Source of the DNA: Chlorokybus atmophyticus
Taxonomy: Eukaryota; Plantae; Mesostigma and Chlorokybus algae
Direction: 5' to 3'
Length of the DNA stretch: 64,000 bases
NCBI GenBank assembly: GCA_009103225.1
Contig: RHPI01001037.1
Coordinates: 434,001 to 498,000 of the forward strand
Of this stretch, positions 25,211-36,554 are shown in pieces (the first letter of the stretch is position 1; each line of letters opens with the position of its first letter). The notes under the pieces are model-generated. The model was not told the DNA's origin. It did not search any database and worked only from the letters and a program-made list of their open reading frames with translations. The position numbers were made by a program, and so were the translations under genes.

Positions 25211-27046
25211 AACCCGCTGTCAAGTCCAATGCACTCAACACCTTTACTTTGCCCAGCTGGTTGAACAAGTCATCGATCCTTGGTACAGGATACTTGTTCT
25301 TTACGGTGTCGTTGTTTAAAGCCCGATAGTCCACGCACATGCGCAAAGCTCTATTATGAGGTAGAGGAACAAACAAGATCGGTGCCGCATACGGCGAGAA
25401 ACTAGGCTCAATCAACTTCTTCTCAAGTAGCATCGAGATTTGCTTCTCCGTCTCCGCGTACTCAACTGGGCTCAGCCTATACAAAGCCACTAATGATGGA
25501 GGCACTTTCTTCTCATCTTTGAGGTATTGTATGCCAAACTTTGACATTGAATGGCACGCTCTGGTGGGAGTGAAGGTAGTTCATCCTTGAACACGTCCAT
25601 GATGTTAACAACAATAGGGTGGAGCGCTTGCTTCTCATTGATAGAAGCACTCCCCGCGTGTTATGCACTACAAGCTTCACTAACGAGGCATTTTCCCCCG
25701 ATGGGATGGTAGCTTACCAAAGCAACCACGCACTTAGGCGCACCCCCCCTAAATGGGATCTTGCGTTGAGACACCGATATCTCATACTTGTGCTCTCCCC
25801 TAAACACGGTGCACACTTGCGTGCCGCGTCTAGTATATCGCGTGAGCGCAATTGCCAATTTTGGCCTAGGGTCATTTGAATGCCTTGCATCCTCATATCC
25901 ACAACTCGAAGCAACACCTTACTAGAGTAGTTGCCTATGTTGACTTGAAGCTCAACTTGTCCGAGCACCGATATGGGCGCACCATCAATGGTAGCAAACT
26001 TGTCATGACAAGCTTTCATGCGTACTACTGCACGGTTCAACAACCTTATATTCATAAAGTTGCACACCGTGCCGGTGTCTACAAGCACACCCACATTTCT
26101 ACCAAGCATGCTGCCATCAACTACCCATAGCAGTGACTCTTCTTGATGCTCTTCTTGAACACGGTGACTAAGGTCATCATGCCACATGATTAATGGCTTG
26201 CCAATGCCCGTTCTTTCTTTGACATGACCTTGTATCTTACAAAGGTCTTTAGCATTGCCGACCAAATGCTCTTGTACGTCGGTGTGAAAACAATTGCCCT
26301 CATACTTAGGTTATCACGCTTGTGGTCCAAGTACTTTTGTATGGTCGTTTTTAACTTGAAAAGAGGCATACATGAGCACATTTGCATGCATTTCATTTAA
26401 CTCACTCAGCGCATGCAATCCCATGCAATCAAAGTCTAAAGCTACGTCACAAACAAAAGAAAATCTATCCATTAAGCCAACGCATGGTGTCTTTGTAACT
26501 ACCGCTACAACCCTAACCACCCCGAATCCCTTGGTGGTAGTGCTAGGCTTGTCGGGGCACTCCACAAGACGGTGACCGGGCTTCTTGCAAAGGAGACACT
26601 TGCCCTCTTTAAAGAGCTTCGCTTTCTCGTCCATGGAGAGGTTGAGGGGAATATCATTCTCCTTGTTCTTGGCCGGCTCCTTGCCCTTCGACTTAGAGTG
26701 GCCGTTGGGCTTTAAGGGCTCCTTACCCTTGCCTTTGCCGGTGTTGAGTGCTCTCGCTGATTCTAGAATGGCCAGACGAGGAGATTAAACTCCAGCCCTT
26801 CCCACGGCTTGCCGATCTTAATGTTTTGCTACACCGCTTGCATGCCTTGTAGCTTGGAGTTGAGCCCACGCTTGAACTTGTGAACCATCTCGTCGCTACT
26901 CATTTGGCCTCCTCCCGCGCGGACTTTGGCCACAAGGAGTTTGAAGCGGCATGCATACTCCTCCGCCGACCCCAACATCTTTGGTTCTTCAAGCTCGTTG
27001 TGTCAAAAGCTTTTCCCTTATTTAAGATTTGCACCTTGACATCATT
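25211..27046 (-). pseudogene. E2 gag C-terminus, MTase-like relic, protease and RT N-terminus
   Basis: HKFKRGLNSKL, CLLCKKPGHRLVEC, then FVCDVALDFDCMGLHAL...VLMYASF/KLKTTIQKY...AIVFTPTYKSIWSAMLK, LVDTGTVCNF, YRLSPVE, SPYAAPILFV, KNKYPVPRIDDL. Confidence 0.9.
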
Positions 27047-29345
27047 TCATTTGACCTTCATTGGTCAATTACATGCCAAGCTCCATTAGTTCCTCGCTCT
27101 ATGCTTAATTAAGGCCCTTACATGAGTCTTATCATAATGATTGAAGTTATGAGTCCCAATGGGTGATATCCATCATTCTTACCCTAATTAGTTGATATCA
27201 ACTAAAGTGGTCAAAGCTATGGCTGATAGTGAGTAGGGGAACGGGGTTTTTTGACACAACAGTCGGCGGCGGCATGGGTAGGGTCGTTGGCGTGGTTGTT
27301 GGGGTAGAGGATTAAAGGGGGAGTTGGCATTTCTCCCTTTACATTCGGTATCGGAGCAAGGTCCTCCTTGTGGGTGGGCCTTATTGTGTTATTGTGGTTA
27401 TTTATTGTGGTAGAGCCACGTCGCCAGCAAGCTACCAGGCCGCTAGCAGCCGCCGTTCACATCCTCCAGGTCAGAAGCCTAGCAAGCCACCTACTGCAGA
27501 GCCTACTGCGCAACCTCCTGCGACGCAACCTGCGTCGCAGCAGGTACCATCGTATCGGCCGCCGGACTGCCTGCCGCGCGCGTTGATTCCGGCCCCCTGC
27601 GATCGATCGCCGCCAGGACAGCGGCAACCAAAGCCTAGCAAGTCGCCGCGACCAGTCAGACTTTCAACCTAACCAAGTAAATAATTAGCTTGTGTAAGTT
27701 GTTTTGTGTTAACTTGGCCCCTCTTCCTTGTGGAGAGGTGGATGTGCGTGAGTGTTTGCTGGCTCGCATGCATTGTGTGCGTATTTGTGCGCAAATTTAT
27801 AGCAAAGAGAGCCTCTCGAGATAATCCCCTCATTAATTGAGGGAGCCTCTCGGGTATTCCTCTGCGCTGCAGTATAGCACTTAGTCATTGAGTTGCTTTG
27901 ATTTGCATTGCAATAGGTGACAGCGCTCACTCACACGTTAACACCATTCTTTGAGTGACATTTCACTCAATTTTACAACACGAGCAGCCCCAGGCATAAG
28001 ACTTATTGTTGGTTGTTGTTGCAAGCTTTGCTTGCACAACTCTTTTTGCTTACACAGCTTCGTTCTTACAAGCTGTATTGCTGTATTTAGACATGGCAAA
28101 AGGCAAGTCCAAAAAGACATCTCAGGGCACTGAGAATCCCCCGCTTACCGTTACGCAGTAGAGGGGCATAAGGAAGGAGGATACAGTTGACCCACAGAAT
28201 GAGATTGAAGGGGCCATTCTCCTTGAGCTCACCTAGCAAGAACGCTTTCTCTGCAGTCAAACCTACTCGGTGGGGGAGGAGAGGCGTTGTGCAGGTGATG
28301 TACGAAGGCACCTTCTTGCTGGTGAACAGCTCGACAAACTTGAACCCACTAGGCAGCAGCGCCTTATACTTGATGTAGAGAAGCGGTTGACTGGGGGCAA
28401 CCCCATTAGAGTTGCCTGCAGACCCTGCTTAGATTGTGCATGTTGATGCTAATGAGCCCGGGGAGAAAACTACACACCAACAACCTGCACCAGCAGCTAC
28501 TCGCACCACTTTAGAGGGAGCTCAAAAGAGCCAACCTTTTGTGTTGCAACCCATTGAGACCAGTGATGAATTCATTCACGTGGACACAACGATACTGCGC
28601 GTCTTTGACGCTGCTTCCGATGGCCCGCATTGCGCATTCCAATCCTTTGCACAGTGTTGTCGCCATCAGGAAGCGTTGGCGCGAGGCGTTGCTTCTAGAT
28701 TGGAGAATGCAGAGTCATTAATCTCTCATCTGTCTCACCAAGTAACGGCCTTGCGCTCTGCACCCGCCACAAGCAGTATGTCTGCCAGTGCCAAGATGGC
28801 ATTGGTCAAGCCATCCAAGTTTGATCCCATTGACAGGAAGACTACTGTTAAGAAGTGGATCGTGTCCATCAACAACTGGTTGGCCTTAGCTCATGACATG
28901 TCAGAGGAGGACAAGTTCAACATTGTTCTCAACTTGGCACCAGCTGAGGTGCAGATGCAGCATGAGAAGGGCAATTTTGCCAGTACCATGCAAGCACTGC
29001 TGGACTACATGCGCAATCACTACCAGCGTGTTGCGCCTTGGGTGGAAGCAGATGAGAAGTTGGCCCAACTTCGAATGGGCAACAAGAGTGCTGATGTGTA
29101 TGCGCGCGAGTGGCGCCTGTTGGTTGATGAAGTCAACCAAGGACCACTTCCGTACGATGCAGCTGCACAGATGCGCTCCTTTCGCAGTGGATTACGCAAG
29201 GATCTCGTCACCAGCTTGCAGCTAAGAGAAGACAACACTGTGTGGGGGCCTAGGGATTTGGATGAGTACATCAAGGCTGTCATCAGTCTCGACCACTCTC
29301 TGCGATCTACCAAAGCAACTCATCCTGAGGATACAGCTGCAGTGT
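27047..29345 (+). mobile_element. E3: 5'-truncated LTR, PBS, 5' UTR and gag of a chromovirus-like element
   Basis: LTR end CTCCCTTTACA at 27343 followed by TTCGGTATCGGAGC; LTR shares blocks with the E1 LTR (GTTCCTCGC, AGTCCCAATGGGTG, GGGGTAGAGGATT); gag from ATG 28093 (MAKGKSKK) with stops, then KPSKFD...RSFRSGL. The right boundary is an estimate. Confidence 0.7.
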
Positions 29346-31349
29346 CAGTGCAGAATATTGACCAGCAGCGTCGGGGGTTGAAGTTGCTTGAGATTTCGGA
29401 GGAGAAGCTCTTCCAAGCCCGCGGCGACATGGGCGGCAAGCAAGGCAGCTGGTGGGAAGCCAAAGGAGTTCAAGCACGCCAACATCGCGGTTGTGGAAGG
29501 TGTGTTGGGTGCAAAATGCTGGTCGTGTTGCGAGCAAGGGATTGTGGGAAAGGCAAGAAGGTGGTGTGCTCTCATTGCAAGAAGGGCGGGCATGTTGATG
29601 CCAAGTGTTGGAGTAAGCATCCGGAGCTGCGTCCAAAACAAGGAGGGGCAGTCGGAGCTCACTCGAGTGTGAGACAAGAGCCAACAATGTCAGAGGTGAC
29701 AAAGGCATTGGCGGCAATGCAAGCGGAGTATGCATCGTTGAAAAGCATGCTTGAGCGAGGGAAATGGCCCGAGAGGAGCTGAGGATAAGCCAAGCAGCTC
29801 CAGGGGCTACCTCGCGTATAGTGCGCTCTCCGGAGGCACTAAGGTGGCAGCGGTTGCGACGACGAGAGCGTCGGCACGGCGAAACGCTGCACCAGCTCCC
29901 CCGACTAGGATGGTTGAGGAGGAGGCCGCGCCCGTCCGCGAGGAGGGTGTGGATCATGATAGGATGCGAGCACCAGCTGCACGCATGCCTATGTCATTCA
30001 AGTTGCTGCCAACACCCCCGTTGGAGCAAGAGCGTTTGCGCTCGGAGGGTGCAAAAGTGCAGCCGAATGCTACGGCAACAGCGCGACATGATGTCGGCGT
30101 CGGTGGCGGTGGTGAGCACAAGAGGGTGGAGGAGCTGCTACCAATATGTGTAGAGCTTCTCGAGGGTGCCAAGATGCTTGCCCAACAGCCCTCAACTCAA
30201 GCCAATGAAGAAAACTTGAAGTTGACGGCGCCGTTGGAGAGCGTTGCAGCGGAGCTGGTCGGGCAGCCGCTTGTTCGCTTGAAGGACCTTGGAGTCAGCA
30301 AGGAACACGTGGTGAAGCTGTTGCAAAGCGCTCTAGACACCACAATGACTGCCTCGACAAAGTCTCATGACCATGTGAGCAAGTCTCATGAGGATATGGT
30401 GGCGCAAACAGGCCGTATGGCTGCGCGCGCGGAGCTGGTGGCGCCCGAGGGGTCGGCATCGGCGTCGAGTTCTATCACTCAGCTTGAAGACAAGCTGGAG
30501 GAAGGTGTAGGAGGGATGTTGGCACAGCTTCCCGCCACTCGGCCAGCCTTGAGAGAGAAGATATTGCCGAACGTGGCGATGGTGGACAACCGTGGTGGAC
30601 ACATCAGCCTAGACGGCTTCGTGCCCGATGTCGTCTTGGTGGATACAGGTGCACAACCTGTTATTTTGGGTGCTAGAGCTGTCAAGGGGATGGGACTCAG
30701 CCCCAAAGTGTTGGAGCCATGCCCGGTCATGATCAATACCTCGGCGGGGACCGTGGAGGCCGTGTGCGGCATCACGGTGCAGCCGGTGGACATATGCTTA
30801 ACTGCGTTGGGAGGTGCTACCACGTCCTTCTAGGTCCGATGCCTCATCATGGATGCGAAGGGGTATGATGTGCTGCTTGGACAAAACTTCTTGTTCCCCG
30901 TCGGCGGCAGCGTTGACAATTGGATTGAACAAGGGTTCTTTCGGCCGCGTTGGCGTGTGGGTGGAGGTGAGAAGGCCTATTTTCCGTTGAGCATCACGCA
31001 AGAGGGTCTTGAGAGGTCTCCAACATCTGCATCTGCTTTGTGGGCGTGCTTGGGTCGCCGTTCAGTTCAAGGGATGACTTGGTGACATGTACCATGACCA
31101 TGTGGGGGAGGGGGAGAGTGTCCTCGCACACATGGAGGAGGGAGACCTCTGGAGCTGGTCTATATGGCTCAAACTCAGTCACAAGAGCTGGAGTTGGCTT
31201 CACAACATCGTGCTCAGCGGCAACAAAAGGCTCGAGACAAGGTTAGCCAAGCATGGATGAAGGATGTGATGGCATTGGAGCCGCCGTTGCTGCCCGAGGG
31301 TGTGAGAGCTGTTCATCCGCCTATCAACTGCAACACCATCGAGTGGAAG

Positions 31350-32330
31350 GTCCCCGAGGAGGGTGTTGTGATGGTGGAGCTGTTCGGTGGCATTGCAAGT
31401 GAGCTTGCGGCCGCGTTAAACGCCGGCATCAAGGTGCGACGCTATGTCTATGTGGACCCTTCCCCAACGGCGCAACAAGGTGCACAGCATTATGTGAGGA
31501 TGTTGTTGACGAAGTATCCGGATCTGCTACATGAGGATGCGGTGAAGGGCTTTCAAAGCAAATGGTTGCACAACATTTGCTTGGTGGGGCCACATCATCT
31601 CAAGGCAATCGGCCATGTGGATGTGCTTGTAGCGGGGTGGGAATGCAAAGGGCATTTACCAGCTGGTCATGGCAAGGGATTGATGGATGCGCGCTCGTCA
31701 TTGTTTTGGGAGTTGTTGCGCGTCATCAACATGATTCAGCAAGGACAAGAGTAGCCCATGGCGTACATCATTGAGAATGTGCCAGCTGAAGATGACAAGC
31801 GCAAGTGCGTGCGAGAAGACTACCAGCTGGTGAGACATGTGCTAGGCCATGAGCTGGTCATGGATGCGGCGAGGCAGAGTTCGCGCGCGCATCGGCTGCG
31901 TGTGAAGTGGACAAACCTCACGCCGGTTGAGTTGCTTCGCACGGTGCAGCAAGAGTACTTTAAACCGCAAGGCTTGAGAGTCAACCAGGTGCTGGAACAT
32001 TTGCGCACGTCACAACAGGTCAGCAAGGCTGATCGGCCGCCTCAGGAGGTGGTGAACCAGGTCGGACACGACATGGCGACGTTGCTGACATTGGTGACAT
32101 ACCCATGCTCTTATGTATTTCGCAAGGGAGGGCCAGGGCTGGTGTGGGACTCACGGAACAGCAGGTTGGAAGAGCCAACAGCTGGTGAGCGCGAGCGTGC
32201 GATGGGGTTCTTGTCCGGTGCGACGGCGGCGCCAGGACTAAGTGAACAACATCGCCGAGTGCTGCTAGGACAAGCCATGGATCACAACAGCATGGTGTGG
32301 CTTATAATTGTCTGCTTGGCGGCACAATAG
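31350..32330 (+). pseudogene. C5-cytosine DNA methyltransferase domain within E4 pol, one internal TAG (31752-31754)
   Basis: Ordered C5-MTase motifs: I ELFGGI, II YVYVD, IV VAGWECKGHLPAG, VI YIIENV, VIII AHRLRVKWTN, IX ERERAMGF, X RVLLGQAMD; same frame as the protease and RT ORFs. Confidence 0.93.
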
Positions 32331-35300
32331 TTGGTAGCAAGCATTATGCCGGTGCGGCAGCAAGCGCGCCGGGAGCCTGCGCCTCTGTCGAGGGGGTGGG
32401 AGCAGATTGCACATGATGGGGATAGGAAGGGGGTGTCTTTTTCGCCTGTGACGGTTGCAAGTGGCAAGAAAGCGGCTGTAGATGGTGCCTTGAAGCAGGA
32501 GAAGGCCACCGACCAGACCATGGAATGGTGTGTGGGCGAGCATGTGACACCACATGAGCGTGTATGGCTCGAGGCGTTGCTGGCGCGCAAGCATGACTGC
32601 TTCGCCTACTCTACCAAGGAGTCGGAGGTCTGCAACTTCTACACAATGGACATTGAGTTGACCTCTTCGGAGCCCATCTTTCGTAGGCAGTATCGGCCAA
32701 GCAAGGTGGAGAAGCAGGTTGTGGCAGAGAAGTGTGCTGACTTGTTGGAGGCCGAACTCGTTGAGAAGTCAACTTCAGACTTTGCGGCGGCGATGGTGTT
32801 GCCATTGACGAAAGATGCACAAGGAAACTGGACCTCAAGGAGGATGTGTAGTGACTATCGGCCATTGAATGAGAAGAATAAGGCTGATCGGTACCCTATG
32901 CCTATACATGAGGCTATCTTTGACAACATCGATGATGCAAAGGTGTTCTCTATCGTGGACCTGAGGCAGGGCTTTAACCAGATCGCCATCAAGCTAAAGG
33001 ACTGTGGCAAGACAGCGTTTTGGGGAGTGGACCAGCTCTACAAATGGAATGTCATGCCATTCGGCTTGAAGGATGCACTTGTGAAGTTCCAGCGTGTGAT
33101 GGACCGTGTTCTTCGTGGTCCACCCTTTGCAAGTTGCTACATTAATAACATATTGGTGTTTAGCCACACAATGGAGGAGCATCTCGTGCACTTGGAGCGC
33201 GTGTTCGAGCGACTGCGCGAGAGCGGCATGAGGTGTCACCTGGAGACGTACTTGTTCGGAGCTGATCGTATCCCTTATCTCGGCCATGAGATAGTGCCGG
33301 ATGGTGTAGCAAGCAAAGGTGGATTCCTTGGTGCAAGTGCCTGCACCGAAAGACATTAGCCGACTACGGGCGTTTCTCGGCTTGGCGAATTGCTATTAAA
33401 GGTTCATACAGAGGTACAACAAGATTGCAAAGCCCTTGAATGAGTTGTTAAAGAAGAACAAGGCCTGGTGCTGGTCGGAGGAGTGTCAACGTGCCTTTGA
33501 GCTTCTCAAGGAGAAGCTATGCACCGCGCCGGTGTTGAGACGGGCGGACTACAACCGTCCCTTCATCCTACACACAGATTGAAGCCGCTTGGGCATAGGA
33601 CCGTGTTGTGTCAATGGATGATGATGGGAAGGAGTATGTGGTGGCATATGGCAGCCGAAGCAACAACATTGCAGAGGCGATTTACAGCTCCTATGAGGGG
33701 GAGTGTTTGGCAGTGCTTCGGGCCATAGTTCACTTCAGACCGTTCCACTATGGCCGTGCCTGCATACTCATCACCGACCACCAGCCCTTGAAGTGGTTGA
33801 TGACAAATGACAAGCTCACACGGAAGCATGCCAGATGGGCGCTCATACTGCAGGAGTATGAGTTTGAGATTGAACACCGAGCTGGTGTTGACAACATAGA
33901 CGCGGATGGGTTGAGTAGGAACCCAAATCCTTCATCGTTCGATGAGAGTGAGGCGAGGCATGACTATGGCATGCCCGTGGCTGGGTTTTTGACCTACCGT
34001 GTGGCCTCCTTGCTGGTGTTGGCTGGTTCGGTGGACGCATGCGCATCCACGCGCGCAAACGCAGCTGGAGAGGGTGACAATGATGGTGTAATGCCACCTT
34101 TGGAGGCTGCACCAGCCCCAACGGTCAATGACATTGAAGGGGAGGAAGCCGAGGCTTTAAAAAACATTTGAAGGGATGCACAAGTGCTTGCTCACCTCAA
34201 GACTGGACTGTTTCAAGCTGGGTGCAACACGGCGACGCGAGATCGCGTGTGGCAACGCGCGCAACGTTATCGGTGGGAGGGAGACCACCTTGTGCGCTTG
34301 ATGTCGGATGGAGGTTTGAGGATTGTGCCTCAACCACATGAGAGGAAGCCGCTTGTGGAGCTGCTTCATGAGCAAATGGGCCACTTTGGTGTCAAGAGGA
34401 CACTTGGGCTCGTGCAATCAGCATATTGGTGGGCTGGCATGCAGTCTACCGTGGCAGGAGTTGTTGCAAGCTGTGTGGAGTGCGACAAGGTGAAGGCGAG
34501 CTTCAATGCCAAGCACCCACAGCTGCACCCTCTGCCTATCCAAGGACTATTTTATCGGTTGAGCCTAGTTTTGGCCGGAGACCTACCAGTTAGCAAAAGA
34601 GGCAACCGTTACGTGCTCGTGATGATATAGCAATTTTCAAAGTGGATCGAGGTCGTGGCGCTGCCATTGAAGGAGAGCAAGCTTGTGGCTGAGGCTTTCC
34701 TCGACCATGTCCTTAGCAGACTTGGTGCTTATGCTGAGGTTCTCACTGACCAAAGCACCGAGTTGCGTGGCCAGTTCGATGACTTGTTGGCGCAAGCCTT
34801 CATCGAGCATCGAAGGATTTCTCGTGACCATCTTCAAGCCGATGGGCTTACTGAGAGAATGGTACAGGTGGTGAAGAAGGGGCTTCGCAAGTACTGTCTC
34901 AACCACAGCAAGAGACACTGGGACTGGCGTTGCCATGGCTGGCGATGGGCTATCGCATGATGCGGCAGGCTGCGTTGAGCTCATACAGTCCCTACTTTTT
35001 ATTATACGGGAAGAGCCCATATTGCCAACAGCAATTTGGAGATAGGTTGAGCAGGAGCTTGAATTGGAGGATCCCAATGTGTGGGAGAAGGAAATGGCGA
35101 AGCGTGCGAAACCGTTCCGGCGTGTGATGCCAATCGCACTTGGCAACTTGCAAGTGGCGCAACATCGCGACACACTACGCTAAGCGAGGGTGAGGAGTGG
35201 CTTTTACAAGCCGAGACTGCAGAAGTTTCAGCCAGGAGACTTCGTGTACCTGCAGAGGACGACCAAGGATACATTGGATACAAGTGCGAGCCGCACTATC

Positions 35301-35454
35301 CTTCATGTAAAGAAGCTTCTCAACAACGGTGTGTTGTTATTGGAGGGAGCTGATGCCAGGACCATCAAGGAGCACATGAAAAGCTGCGCCCCTTGTCATC
35401 TACCAAACGTGGATGACAGTGAGGATCCGGCTTTGACCATAACAGATGTGGGCC

Positions 35455-35600
35455 ACCGTTGTGAGCGGTGTGGCTGAGCAAAGGGCTGGGACACCATGCC
35501 ACTATGCGACAAGTGTGTTACCGGTTGGCACATGTAGTGCCTTCATCCACCACTTGAGGAGATCCCTGATGGAGCATGGTACTGTCCGGTGTGTACGAGG
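35455..35600 (+). pseudogene. PHD finger at the C-terminus of the E4 integrase
   Basis: CERCG*AKGWDTMPLCDKCVTGWHM*CLHPPLEEIPDGAWYCPVC matches the C4HC3 spacing and the PxGxWxCPxC signature; two in-frame stops. Confidence 0.92.
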
Positions 35601-35664
35601 ACTACGCGATGAGCGTGTGAGCCAGCTGAAGGCGCACGAGGGCGTTGGCGCTCAAATGCAGGGG

Positions 35665-36262
35665 TGGTGACATGCATCTTTCATTGTGTGTGTCTACCAT
35701 GTGATGAGAGATAATGCATGAGACAGCATGACATGGTCTCATGGTGTACAATAGCATGCGGACATGCATGATAAGGTGGTTTACGACAAGTACGAGCCAC
35801 GATGAGGGAAGGCACGACCACCGTGCATACACTCACACATGCAAGTGTAGGCGCGCCATGGGTACACACTCACACACAAGTTCTACACCAGGACACACAT
35901 CCACCAAGGTTGAGAGCTTTGGCACCCCCTTGAACGGCCTCTCACCCGAACACCCCACGTGAAGCCCACACGAGCGAGCACGCCAAGGCAAGGTAGACCC
36001 AAGTCTTCAATGCCTTGCCTATCGAGCATGCCCACTTATTACCTATTAGGGGTATATAAGTGGGCATGGAGACACCCAAAGGTAAGATGGTGGCTTATCT
36101 AATCACTTAAGGGTGGTGGGTGTCTCCACCAATGGTGCCTCGATCGGACCCTAGTGTAATCTAAGGCGGCCAATCATCTTGTGACAAGCACTCTTGCACT
36201 TGCCCTTACTAGGCTCACACTCATCACCTTGAAGGAAATCTTACCCCAAGTATGAGCAACCA
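35665..36262 (+). repeat. Putative E4 3' LTR (~600 bp)
   Basis: Follows pol; TGGT...ACCA ends; TATA-like GGGTATATAAG near 36050; no second copy in the window, so the boundaries are tentative. Confidence 0.5.
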
Positions 36263-36554
36263 ATGAGATTGTACTATAACCTCATGGTATTGGCCGCACA
36301 GTCTCGTGGCCACAGCTTGTTGATACCAGTCTGTGTGATATCGGTAATGCATTCTACAATACCACCGTGCTTCCGTGCGATATCCGCATCTGCCTCATCT
36401 GGCACTTTCCAGATAAGTGCACGTGTAATTTCCACAGCGTCTTCTACAATGTGGACATTCGTTGCTAAGATATCCACGCCCTTGTGTGCGATATGTATGC
36501 TCGACTCTTCTGATATGCTCCAGACATGAGTCTCTATGATATTAAGATTAAAGC

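Larger units (their letters stand above)
29345..36262 (+). mobile_element. E4: Ty3/gypsy element gag-PR-C5 DNA methyltransferase-RT-RNaseH-IN-PHD with one putative 3' LTR; no matching 5' LTR
   Basis: Knuckle CSHCKKGGHVDAKC; LVDTGAQ 30642; ELFGGI 31377, GWEC 31635-31646, ENV 31773, HRLRVKWTN, LLGQAMD; RMCSDYRPLN, YINN 33138; RNase H; integrase; C4HC3 PHD 35460-35595. Confidence 0.9.

Noticed and set aside
27047-27343. This LTR as the partner of the putative E4 3' LTR
   Set aside because: No visible similarity to 35665-36262; it resembles the E1 LTR instead.
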